From: Candidatus Hermodarchaeota archaeon | GTDB lineage: Archaea; Asgardarchaeota; Hermodarchaeia; Hermodarchaeales; Hermodarchaeaceae | NCBI GenBank assembly: GCA_016839365.1 | Contig: JAEOUH010000086.1 | Location: forward strand, 1 to 18,570 | Length of the DNA: 18,570 nucleotides | Reading direction: 5' to 3' | Program-made: the position numbers and the translations under genes | The notes under the pieces: model-generated | The model's database searches: none | What the model was told of the DNA's origin: nothing | What the model saw: the letters and a program-made list of their open reading frames with translations, nothing else | In this document: one piece after another, positions 1-8,554 of the stretch | Position numbering within the stretch: the stretch's first letter is position 1 | Layout of the letters: each line of letters begins with the position of its first letter

Positions 1-1
1 A

Positions 2-208
2 CATGTTGCCACTTCAAGATATTTCATCATAGACGCGGAGACCAACAATATAACACTCCATGCATCAAGCATGGTTGCATATACACGAAAGAACCTTGAG
101 CAAATAATTAGAGAAGTCGGATTCAAGGAAATCGTGTTCTATGATTCTCTATCAGGTGGAAAAAAAGATCTTGATAAAAACCTTGAAGTTATTGAAGCTC
201 GAAAATAG
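2..208 (+). CDS. C-terminal fragment of a probable class I SAM-dependent methyltransferase (5' end outside window)
   Basis: Not in the ORF track. Frame 2 is open from the window edge to TAG at 206-208: HVATSRYFIIDAETNNITLHASSMVAYTRKNLEQIIREVGFKEIVFYDSLSGGKKDLDKNLEVIEARK. The YT..L..II.EVGF..I..Y....G.......L.VI.A.K pattern is the typical ending of class I methyltransferases. Confidence 0.7.
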   Translation, partial: HVATSRYFIIDAETNNITLHASSMVAYTRKNLEQIIREVGFKEIVFYDSLSGGKKDLDKNLEVIEARK

Positions 209-334
209 ATCACTAAATATAAGCAGCGCGCGTGTAGGAGAAATTCAATCACACAGTCTCATGCAATAAGTGTGTTGCTTTGCCAGAAGAGGCATACTAT
301 GCTGTAAGATTCTATCAAATATAAGAACCGTACT

Positions 335-988
335 TTAATTAGATTCTTTGTGGCAGAACCACCAATCATAGCATTCGATTGTTTTATCTTCAAGTCTTTC
401 CTTGGCAGTCTTGACATCTGAGGCAGGGGGAACAATAACTCGGTCTTTGACGAGTTCGTTCTTTGGCCAGTTAGCGGGCATGGCGACCTTCTTTTCGTCT
501 GCAATTTGGAAGGCTTTGATCACACGGAGTATTTCGTCGAAGTTGCGACCCAATTCAGGCGGATAATAGATGATGGCACGAATGATGCCTTTCGGATCAA
601 TGAAGAAGACGGCGCGGACTGTCGCCTGACTCTTATTAGGATGAATCATACCCATGAGGCGACCGATCTTTCCGGTTTCGTCGGCGATGACTGGGAATTT
701 GACTTCTTCGCCTAGGGTGTCTTTGATCCATTCCACCCATTTAATGTGGGAGAAGACACTGTCAACGCTGAGGCCGATGAGTTGGGTGTTCAGTTTTTCG
801 AATTCATCGAATCGTTTGGTAAATGCAAAGAATTCCGTAGTGCAGACGGGTGTGAAATCTGCTGGGTGACTAAATAAGACAATCCATTTGCCCTTGTAGT
901 CGTCGGGGAATTTGATTTTACCAAACGTGGTTTGAACTTCGAAGCTTGGGGCTTTATCACCAATTAGGGGCATTCCAGTAGCTTCCAT
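335..988 (-). CDS. Peroxiredoxin, Prx6/archaeal thioredoxin peroxidase (TDXH) type
   Basis: Active-site motif [15 protein letters not shown]; GLSVDS; [15 protein letters not shown]; C-terminal CYDWWFC as in archaeal Prx6 enzymes with a resolving Cys. GAGGT RBS-like sequence upstream on the minus strand. Confidence 0.96.
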   Translation of the reverse strand: MEATGMPLIGDKAPSFEVQTTFGKIKFPDDYKGKWIVLFSHPADFTPVCTTEFFAFTKRFDEFEKLNTQLIGLSVDSVFSHIKWVEWIKDTLGEEVKFPVIADETGKIGRLMGMIHPNKSQATVRAVFFIDPKGIIRAIIYYPPELGRNFDEILRVIKAFQIADEKKVAMPANWPKNELVKDRVIVPPASDVKTAKERLEDKTIECYDWWFCHKESN

Positions 989-1154
989 TGAAAATAACCT
1001 CTATCGAGCGTTTGATTAGGAGTATACAAAAATGCTGTGCATTTCTAAACGGAGTTTAGAGGCCTAGTCTGTGAGCATTGAATACGATTTTTCTGATATC
1101 CGAGAACCAAATAGTTAAATCTATTTGCGGTGATACGGCCCTTGGAGTGGAGTA

Positions 1155-2030
1155 ATGGTGAAATGCTCTATTCATCAGGATAGGGATGCCATTGCCATCT
1201 GTCAATCCTGTGGTAATGCGCTATGTTCCGACTGTCGAATCACCATTGCAGGGATTGCATATTGTCAACCATGTCTAGATGTGGGACGTATCCGTACACC
1301 GAAAGCAGTAGCTGATGAAGCAGTCGACCGCCTTCCCATACCGCTAGGTCATGTGATACCCACGAGTCGCAGAAATTTCAATATTGGAATCCTTGGATTA
1401 GCTTTTATGGCCATCTTCATCCATGCATTTTGGATGTTTTCGTATATCTATCCCCCATATTTTAGTTCCTTATATTATGCGACCTTGATTCCCCGGACCA
1501 TTGGAGTAATTCTGGTGGCCCTTGGAATCAGCCTCAGCGCGTTTGGATGGATGGAATTTAAAGGATATTTCAATTTCCGCTGGGCATTCTATATCGCGTT
1601 ATTCACTCTTACTGCCCCCTGGTTCGGAGTTTTAGCCGAACTTCTGGTCTATACTGGTCAGGTGATGATTGTTACTCCACCCTATGGCAGTATATCGCCG
1701 GGACCACTATGTGGACTGTATAATGGTTTGGTGTTTACAAGCAACGTATTTATTGGGGTTCTACTGATCTTGTGGTCCTTTGCACTCCTTTCTGTGAGAA
1801 GGCACTCTCGCTCTCAGGGTCTTATAATAGCCACAAGCATTTTCTACATTCTTATCGCACATATGACCCTTCTCATTATTCCCCTAATGGTGCAGTCAGT
1901 GTTCTACTATCCGTACCCAATGGTGCTTTATGGATACTACTTCCTAATTCCTGCTGTGCTAATAGAACTTGGTGTCATCCTGAACGCCATAATTTTCTAC
2001 CGTCTCGCAGCGAGTCTGAAACCCTACTAA
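1155..2030 (+). CDS. Membrane protein with an N-terminal B-box-like zinc finger and about 6 transmembrane helices
   Basis: N-terminus CSIH-x7-CQSC-x4-CSDC-x9-CQPC, followed by multiple long hydrophobic segments. GGAGTGGAG immediately before the ATG. Confidence 0.8.
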   Translation: MVKCSIHQDRDAIAICQSCGNALCSDCRITIAGIAYCQPCLDVGRIRTPKAVADEAVDRLPIPLGHVIPTSRRNFNIGILGLAFMAIFIHAFWMFSYIYPPYFSSLYYATLIPRTIGVILVALGISLSAFGWMEFKGYFNFRWAFYIALFTLTAPWFGVLAELLVYTGQVMIVTPPYGSISPGPLCGLYNGLVFTSNVFIGVLLILWSFALLSVRRHSRSQGLIIATSIFYILIAHMTLLIIPLMVQSVFYYPYPMVLYGYYFLIPAVLIELGVILNAIIFYRLAASLKPY

Positions 2031-2120
2031 TAGTTCACTTCTCTCAACAGAGTAAGAAGTAGTTTTGTTGAAGTTCATCGGTCGAGAGGAAAGATTATTT
2101 CAGTAAATGAGGGGTTGTGA

Positions 2121-3290
2121 GTGGAAGGATGCACAGTGACACCATCACCAGTTAGGGCTCTTCGAGTTGGTTTTTTAATAAATCCGATAGCTGGAATGGG
2201 AGGCCGAGTCGGATTGAAGGGAACCGACGGTGTCGCTGAGCAAGCTCAAACGATGGGTGCAGAACCCGTTGCACCACTACGTGCAGCGCAATTCGTGAAA
2301 ACCTTCTTACGATTATATGAAGAAAGCGAAGAGGTTAATTGGATAACCTGCCCAGAGCCCATGGGCGCTCGCATTCTTATCGAGGCAGGGATTACGCCCG
2401 AAGTTGTACCGATGGAATTAGGCGAAACCACATCGGACACTGACACGAAGAAGGCTGTCAAGCTTTTTGTAGAGAGGGAAGTGGAACTACTCGTTTTTGT
2501 TGGTGGGGATGGTACGGCGAGGGATATTTTGGATGGCTTAGGCAAGAACACTGAGATTTTAGTTCTGGGGGTGCCAGCTGGTGTGAAGATGTATAGTGGA
2601 ATTTTCGCTTACTCACCAGAAACAGCAGCTCGGGTCCTGATTGACTGGTTAAGGGGCGAAACGCAGACGGAACCCTTCGAAGTTATGGACGCGGATGAAG
2701 AGGCGATCCGTGGTGACGAGTTTGCCGTCAAACTCTATGGGTTTCTTCAAGGACCCCTTGTTCCTGCGCGGATGCAAGGCTCAAAGATGACATCACCGAC
2801 CACGGTGGATGAGCGGGATAATCAGGAAGCCGTAGCCCGCACCCTGCTTGAAGACATGGTTGAAGGAGATACCTATATTCTGGGTCCTGGTTCAACTGTA
2901 CGAGCATTCGCTAAGATGCTAGGCGTCAAAAAAACCTTATTGGGAGTGGATGTCTACCAGCAAGGCACTATTCATTTGGATGTCAATGAAGAGCAGCTAC
3001 TCAAAGTGGTACCTGATTTCCTGCATGCCTGGATCATTGTGTCACCCATTGGAAACCAGGGCATGCTGTTCGGTCGAGGAAATCAGCAAATCAGCCCCAA
3101 CATCATTCGCAAAATTCCTCCTGAACAAATCCTTGTCATTGCCACACACAGTAAAATCGTAACCTTGGCAGAGCAAGGACTCCACGTCGACACCGGCGAC
3201 CCCGACGTAGATAAAATGCTCAGTGGCTTCATTCGCGTTCTCGTTGATTACCGAACTTGGCGCATGGTGAATGTAAACCGCAATGAATAA
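2121..3290 (+). CDS. ATP-NAD kinase/AcoX family protein (COG3199-like)
   Basis: NPIAGMGGRVGLKGTDG, GGDGTARD (NAD kinase-like GGDG motif), GVPAGVKMYSG, FGRGNQQISP and VDTGDP motifs. Start is uncertain (GTG 2121 or 2136). Confidence 0.9.
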   Translation: MEGCTVTPSPVRALRVGFLINPIAGMGGRVGLKGTDGVAEQAQTMGAEPVAPLRAAQFVKTFLRLYEESEEVNWITCPEPMGARILIEAGITPEVVPMELGETTSDTDTKKAVKLFVEREVELLVFVGGDGTARDILDGLGKNTEILVLGVPAGVKMYSGIFAYSPETAARVLIDWLRGETQTEPFEVMDADEEAIRGDEFAVKLYGFLQGPLVPARMQGSKMTSPTTVDERDNQEAVARTLLEDMVEGDTYILGPGSTVRAFAKMLGVKKTLLGVDVYQQGTIHLDVNEEQLLKVVPDFLHAWIIVSPIGNQGMLFGRGNQQISPNIIRKIPPEQILVIATHSKIVTLAEQGLHVDTGDPDVDKMLSGFIRVLVDYRTWRMVNVNRNE

Positions 3291-3348
3291 GGTTAGCAAC
3301 ATTTTTCTAACCCGAACCCCTTGACCCGAACCATCAGTAAATGGAACG

Positions 3349-3717
3349 ATGACCATGGCAAAGGACAAGAAGAAATCCAAAACTGAACCAACCGATTCCA
3401 TACCTGAACCAGAAGAAGCCAGTGTTCCAGAGGAAGAGGGATCCGGACCTCAGATGATGGACATAAGCGCATTACCCATCTGGCAACTCCTCCCCCTTTT
3501 CATGCGAATCCTTGATTCCGTGGCTTGGCAAAAAATGGGCCTCATCGTAAACCCGATGACACAGGAAATTGAAAAAGACCTCGTTCAAGCACGGACCGCC
3601 ATCGATTCGTACGAGGCACTTTTAGGGCAACTGAAAGAGCACCTCGAACCTGAAGCGAAAAAAGCCCTTGAATCCCGTTTGGCGGATTTGAAACTCAACT
3701 TCTCCACTCAAGCTTGA
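3349..3717 (+). CDS. DUF1844 family protein with an acidic/proline-rich N-terminal extension
   Basis: AWQKMGLIVNPMTQEIEKDLVQARTAID...L...LADLKLNF matches the DUF1844 pattern. Confidence 0.8.
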   Translation: MTMAKDKKKSKTEPTDSIPEPEEASVPEEEGSGPQMMDISALPIWQLLPLFMRILDSVAWQKMGLIVNPMTQEIEKDLVQARTAIDSYEALLGQLKEHLEPEAKKALESRLADLKLNFSTQA

Positions 3718-3794
3718 GTACATTTTGTGTAGTAAAACTGTTTAATAGGACCAAGCGGAAAGCTATGCTAACCGAGCAGGATGGTAGAAGTATA

Positions 3795-4859
3795 ATGAAG
3801 AAGGAAGGCGATGCCCATCGAATGCAGCTCCCTGGAGAAGTTGTTATTGGGTCAGGGGTAATTCACCAACTCGGTGAAGTGACTAAACGAGTGGTATCAA
3901 CGCGTCGCGCAATCCTCATCTCTGACAAAGAGGTCATGAAAATCGCAGGCAACGATGCCCTCAATTCGCTTGAAAAGGCGAAATTCAGCACCGAAATTGT
4001 CATCATCAAAAAAGCCACTGAACCCGAAGTTGAAAAATCCTGTGAGGAAATCCGAAATCAAAATGCAGGAGTCGTCGTCGCCGTCGGAGGAGGATCCGTC
4101 ATCGATACGGCCAAATTATGTTCCACCTACGAGAAACAACCCTTCATCAGTGTACCCACTTCAGCGGCACATGATGGAATCTCCAGCCCTCGAGCATCAA
4201 TCAAGAAAGATGGGACCTCAGTATCAGTAGAAGGTCAGTCTCCCATTGCAATAGTTGCTGATACACACATCATCGCTCAAGCTCCCTATCGATTTACAGC
4301 TGCTGGATGCGGTGATCTCATATCTAAAATCACTGCCGTGCGTGATTGGAAGCTAGCACATACCCTTGGATACGAATATTATGGAGAGTATTCTGCATCT
4401 CTTTCGTTGATGGGTGCTACCATTATCATGGAAAATGCCGCGATGATCAAAATAAATGACGAGCATAGTATACGACTCGTTGTCGAGGCATTGATTGCCA
4501 GTGGAATAGCCATGGGCATTGCAGGATCAAGTCGCCCCGCTAGCGGGGCGGAACATAAGTTCAGCCATGCCCTGGACCGTGTCGCCCCTAACCCCGCTTT
4601 TCATGGCGAACAATGTGGTGTAGGAACAATCATGATGGGCTATCTGCATGCCATTGATTGGGAAGAAATCCGTGTTGCTCTGGCGACCATTGGTGCACCA
4701 ACGACTGCAAAACAACTTGGTGTGGACCCAGAACACGTCATTGAAGCACTTAAAATCGCCCACACGATAAATCCCAAACGCTATACAATATTGGGTGAAA
4801 GAGGGCTCACTGAGAAGGCGGCTGAAAGGCTTGCTCGAATCACAGGGGTAATCACCTAA
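3795..4859 (+). CDS. egsA: sn-glycerol-1-phosphate dehydrogenase (NAD(P)+)
   Basis: GGGSVIDTAK, PTSAAHDGISSPRAS, AGCGD, GSSRPASGAEHKFSHALD, HGEQCGVG and RYTILG motifs. ATG 3795 gives 354 aa, the usual EgsA size; the ORF-track start at 3714 is probably over-extended. Confidence 0.96.
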   Translation: MKKEGDAHRMQLPGEVVIGSGVIHQLGEVTKRVVSTRRAILISDKEVMKIAGNDALNSLEKAKFSTEIVIIKKATEPEVEKSCEEIRNQNAGVVVAVGGGSVIDTAKLCSTYEKQPFISVPTSAAHDGISSPRASIKKDGTSVSVEGQSPIAIVADTHIIAQAPYRFTAAGCGDLISKITAVRDWKLAHTLGYEYYGEYSASLSLMGATIIMENAAMIKINDEHSIRLVVEALIASGIAMGIAGSSRPASGAEHKFSHALDRVAPNPAFHGEQCGVGTIMMGYLHAIDWEEIRVALATIGAPTTAKQLGVDPEHVIEALKIAHTINPKRYTILGERGLTEKAAERLARITGVIT

Positions 4860-4998
4860 TCTCCTTCAATTACGGCAGATTGTGAAAACCCATTATTTCT
4901 CAATGACGAAGAATATAAAAGGATAAATTGATATTCAAAAATTCAGTAATTTTATCTTCATACAGAATCACTAACCTTTGTTCCTTCTATCAGACCCG

Positions 4999-6693
4999 AT
5001 GACCCAAATAGATGTTGAAAATTATCAGGAAATTGTTAGAAATGGTATGGGGAGTCGTATCGACCAGTTTCTAACACGTGCCCTAAATTTTGGTTTTGTT
5101 GGCTCAATTCTCATCGCAAAGAAAGGAAAGATTCTCCTCCAGAAAGGTTACGGTCTTGCGAACACAGCCACCAATGTCCCCTTCACTCATAATACTATTG
5201 TTGATATAGGTTCACTCAGTAAGCAATTCACAGCTACAGCGATTCTACATTTAGAACAGGAAGGGAAATTGACTGTACAGGATCCCATCACTCGCTTTTT
5301 TGATGATGTACCAAAAGATAAGCAGGAAATAACCTTACACCATCTTCTTACTCATACATCTGGCCTACCTCTCAAACATGGGAGCGATTTCGAATATTAT
5401 GAAACAAGAAGTTTCATTCAAGATGTCGTTGCCCTTCCCTTAGCCTTCAAGCCAGGTACTGAATATAAATATAGCAATCCTGCCTTCGCCCTTCTAGCTA
5501 TCATCATCGAACAACTCACTAATCAAACACTCCAGACCTTCCTACAAACCACTTTCCTTGATCCTCTTGGATTAGAGAAAATTGGATGGTATGGAACGAA
5601 GAGCTGGTCAGAGGAAGAAGTGGCCCATGTATATATTGAAGGCATCGATGGCGGTTCCCCTCTGATTTGGCCAGGACCTTATCGACCATTGCTCGGAAAC
5701 GGGGGAATCTGCTGCCCTATTAATGAATTGTACCGCTGGATGCAGGCCATTAAAAATAATGTCTTTTTGACAAAAGAAAGTACAGCCAAACTATTCACAC
5801 CGTTTCTAGAAGATACATCTTATGGTTGGGATGTACTTCAGACCAAGTATGGACGCCGCATCTGGCATAATGGAGGCACCGATTCAGGAGCAAATTCAGA
5901 ACTCACTTGGTTTAGCGATTTAGATTTGCTAATAATTGCTTTTTCGAATAATATTCTCTTCGGAGAAGATGTAGGATATATGGCAATCTGGCCAATTCGT
6001 TCAATCCTGTTCAACAGCCCTTATACTCTCCCTCCCTGCTTACCCGAACCAAAACTGGATCCAAACAAAATACAACATCTTCTCGGGAACTATACTTTTC
6101 CTGAAGGTGGTGAGATAAACCTCACTGCCCAATCATATTTTTTGATTCTATCAGCCCGTGGACAACAAGCACTAGATTTTTGCCTTTTTCCAGAGAATGG
6201 ACCACCCGAGGAATATGCATTATATGATCAATCTTCCAATCTGCTTGTTAAGGGGCTTTTTGACGATGATTTTACTATTCTGGAAGAGTATGCTGCAAAT
6301 AAGACTCGAATTCCTCTTTTAGAGTCTTCACTTCAAAGATGGATTCGCATCTGTGAGGACCTCTATGGACCATATCAAATGCATCAAATCCTTGGAACAA
6401 CCCCCTTCAAAGAATTCTTTGATGCAACGTGGCTGCATTTTGACTTTAAAGAGGGACAAAATGGAATCGGTGTAGTTTGGAAAGACAAACAGCTCATCCG
6501 AATTACCGAAACACACTATCCTTATCCAGTCATTATTCCCTTTCTTCAACAAAGCGATACCCATTTCATTGGACATAATATCTTGTTTAATCAGACCTTG
6601 CAGCTTACCTGTGAAGACACAAAGACCCCAATTACAGGATTTCACCTACATAATGGTAACAATTCCTTCTTCGTCCCCAATACCTCTTATTGA
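4999..6693 (+). CDS. Serine hydrolase, beta-lactamase class C/AmpC-like fold, with a C-terminal extension
   Basis: Catalytic SxxK (GSLSKQFT), LLTHTSGL, FKPGTEYKYSN (YxN) and WHNGG. No obvious signal peptide. ATG 4999 is preferred over TTG 4978. Confidence 0.9.
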   Translation: MTQIDVENYQEIVRNGMGSRIDQFLTRALNFGFVGSILIAKKGKILLQKGYGLANTATNVPFTHNTIVDIGSLSKQFTATAILHLEQEGKLTVQDPITRFFDDVPKDKQEITLHHLLTHTSGLPLKHGSDFEYYETRSFIQDVVALPLAFKPGTEYKYSNPAFALLAIIIEQLTNQTLQTFLQTTFLDPLGLEKIGWYGTKSWSEEEVAHVYIEGIDGGSPLIWPGPYRPLLGNGGICCPINELYRWMQAIKNNVFLTKESTAKLFTPFLEDTSYGWDVLQTKYGRRIWHNGGTDSGANSELTWFSDLDLLIIAFSNNILFGEDVGYMAIWPIRSILFNSPYTLPPCLPEPKLDPNKIQHLLGNYTFPEGGEINLTAQSYFLILSARGQQALDFCLFPENGPPEEYALYDQSSNLLVKGLFDDDFTILEEYAANKTRIPLLESSLQRWIRICEDLYGPYQMHQILGTTPFKEFFDATWLHFDFKEGQNGIGVVWKDKQLIRITETHYPYPVIIPFLQQSDTHFIGHNILFNQTLQLTCEDTKTPITGFHLHNGNNSFFVPNTSY

Positions 6694-6770
6694 GTCCTAT
6701 GCAACAACAAGCTTTTGTACATAAACTGCAAGGGCGTACGTAACATTACAATCTCGGGGATTCAAGTAGT

Positions 6771-8375
6771 ATGTTTAAAACCAGTTCAGAATATTTCCCC
6801 AAAGACCGAAAGGTCCTCAAGGATATGCCTTGGGTCGGTAGAGTCTCCTTTGCTGATATGAAAGAAAAAGTCAAAGAAATCAGCACACGCCCCATCATGT
6901 GCAGTAATTGTGGAGCTGCCCTCACTAATCCGGATTTAATTCAAGAGAGTCCATCCAAGGGAAAAACCTTCAACTGCGAATTCTGCGGAACCCTAAATGT
7001 CATACCCCCAGAACTCATGCCAGGAACTGATCTCTCAGAATTCATGCTTGGGCAACTCACTACCGCAAAACCCATCACCGAAGATACCCTACTAGCAGTC
7101 ATTGATATTTCAGGATCAATGAGTGGTGGAAAATTAGCCGCTGTAAAAGAGTCACTTATCCGAACGGTGACTGATCTCAGTGTCAATGCCCCCGAGACCA
7201 CATTCGGTCTTCTAGCCTTCCATAGTGAAGTTTATTGTTACGATGAAAACATGAAGAAAATCTTCACTGTCTCTGGTGACATGCGTTACAGCGTTGAAGA
7301 AATCACTAAAGCGGTTGAATCGAAGCGAAAAGACGTCGAACTTAAACCCTTGAAGAAGACCAAGCAAAAATGGGTGTCCAACATCCAAAAGCTCCGCGAC
7401 ATTGACATGACTGCTCTTGGCCCTGCTATGGTCGCAGGATATGTTATCATGAAAGACCGTGGTGGACGTATTATACTCCTCACCGACGGCCTTGCCAACG
7501 AAGGTGTTGGAGCCCTTGAAGGATCTTCGACCACAGGAGCGCAGCTTTATGAAGACTTGGCGATTAAAGCAGCAAATGCAAGCATCATCATTGATGTGGT
7601 TGGTATCAAAGATCCTTCGGCTTTCATGGCCTTAGAAGCGTTAGCCGTAATGCCCATGCAAACAGGGGGCACCATGTACTATGCACAGGCTGATGAAATC
7701 GCTGATGCCATGAGCTCCTCATCGGGGGGCAAGATTGTTGCCCGTGGAGTGAAGATGCGTTTCATTGCCCCCAAAGATGTAGAACTGGCAGAAGTCAGCG
7801 GTTTAGGCGGTGCGGAAGCCGATGCCCTCCGGAAGGGAATTCGAATTGGCTCAGTGACCGAAGACCGCGAAGTCTACATACGGCTCAACCCTTCAACCAA
7901 GGTGAAAGAGAAAGAGGTGCCCATCCAAGTCCAGGTCTCCTATATGGATGAAGAAGGTAACCAACGCATGCGCGTGATGACCAAACGCGTCAAAGTCACC
8001 GACGATGCCAAACCAATCATCGAAACCCTCGACGTTGAACTCCCAGCAACCTATGCCGTGCAACGGGCAGGCGAAGAACAATATCGCGGTGAGGTGGCAA
8101 AGAGTAAGAAAATCCTTCAAGAGACCCAAAACGCCTATCGAGCGGTCCAAAATCAAGCTCCCGCTGGAATAGCGAAAGCCATCAGAAAGGCCGACAAAGT
8201 CCTCGATGATGAAATCGAGGAGGCCGAAAAAGTCGCTGAACGACAGAAAGAAGAGATGAGTAAACGCTCTGTCGTTGGCGTGGCCCAGGCTGCGCCTATT
8301 GCGGATGAAGATGCGGCGATGAGTATGCAGCGGGCACGTAAGTCAAGTAAAGAGCTCTTTGATGACGAAGAGTAA
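6771..8375 (+). CDS. Sec23/Sec24-like protein: zinc finger + VWA trunk + beta-sandwich + helical C-terminus
   Basis: Zinc finger PIMCSNCGAAL...FNCEFCGTLN (C44, C47, C69, C72). VWA motifs IDISGSM, TALGPA, GGRIILLTDGLANEGVGAL, LYEDLAIKAANASIIIDV and QTGG. Beta-sandwich motifs VKMRFIAPKDVELAEVSG and IQVQVSYMDEEGNQRMRVMTKRVKVTDD, similar to Sec24 FQxALLYTxxxGERRIRVHT. Confidence 0.82.
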   Translation: MFKTSSEYFPKDRKVLKDMPWVGRVSFADMKEKVKEISTRPIMCSNCGAALTNPDLIQESPSKGKTFNCEFCGTLNVIPPELMPGTDLSEFMLGQLTTAKPITEDTLLAVIDISGSMSGGKLAAVKESLIRTVTDLSVNAPETTFGLLAFHSEVYCYDENMKKIFTVSGDMRYSVEEITKAVESKRKDVELKPLKKTKQKWVSNIQKLRDIDMTALGPAMVAGYVIMKDRGGRIILLTDGLANEGVGALEGSSTTGAQLYEDLAIKAANASIIIDVVGIKDPSAFMALEALAVMPMQTGGTMYYAQADEIADAMSSSSGGKIVARGVKMRFIAPKDVELAEVSGLGGAEADALRKGIRIGSVTEDREVYIRLNPSTKVKEKEVPIQVQVSYMDEEGNQRMRVMTKRVKVTDDAKPIIETLDVELPATYAVQRAGEEQYRGEVAKSKKILQETQNAYRAVQNQAPAGIAKAIRKADKVLDDEIEEAEKVAERQKEEMSKRSVVGVAQAAPIADEDAAMSMQRARKSSKELFDDEE

Positions 8376-8394
8376 CTTCCATGAAATTCATCTA

Positions 8395-8424
8395 ATAGGG
8401 GTGTATTGCCCCTATATTCTTTTT
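8395..8424 (+). terminator. Hairpin plus T-rich tract after the Sec23/24-like gene
   Basis: ATAGGGG-(tgtattg)-CCCCTAT inverted repeat followed by ATTCTTTTT, about 20 nt past the stop codon. Confidence 0.55.
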
Positions 8425-8554
8425 AAGAGGATCACTTCAATTCCAAAAGCTTCGACGAGTTTATGACTGACTAAAGCGAAAAGATGATATCTATAGAAAA
8501 TATAGAGTTTATGGTTATTAAGCCCAATTTAACCTCAGCGGCGGTATCTGAACC

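Noticed and set aside
259-869. Short ORFs 259-504, 506-715 and 654-869
   Set aside because: Alternate-frame or antisense shadows of the peroxiredoxin gene, with no motifs.
335-988. Possible selenoprotein peroxiredoxin / SECIS element
   Set aside because: The active site is Cys-encoded with no in-frame TGA, and no convincing SECIS-like stem lies downstream.
3291-3332. GGTTAG/CTAACC stem and twice-repeated ACCCGAACC
   Set aside because: Too short and too few copies to distinguish from chance; not a CRISPR or tandem array.
3714-3794. N-terminal extension of EgsA overlapping the DUF1844 stop
   Set aside because: Relies on a TTG start, and the extension is not EgsA-like; the region looks like promoter/UTR.
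8355-8375. C-terminal DxE as a COPII di-acidic export signal
   Set aside because: Acidic termini are common and the protein is soluble, not a membrane cargo.
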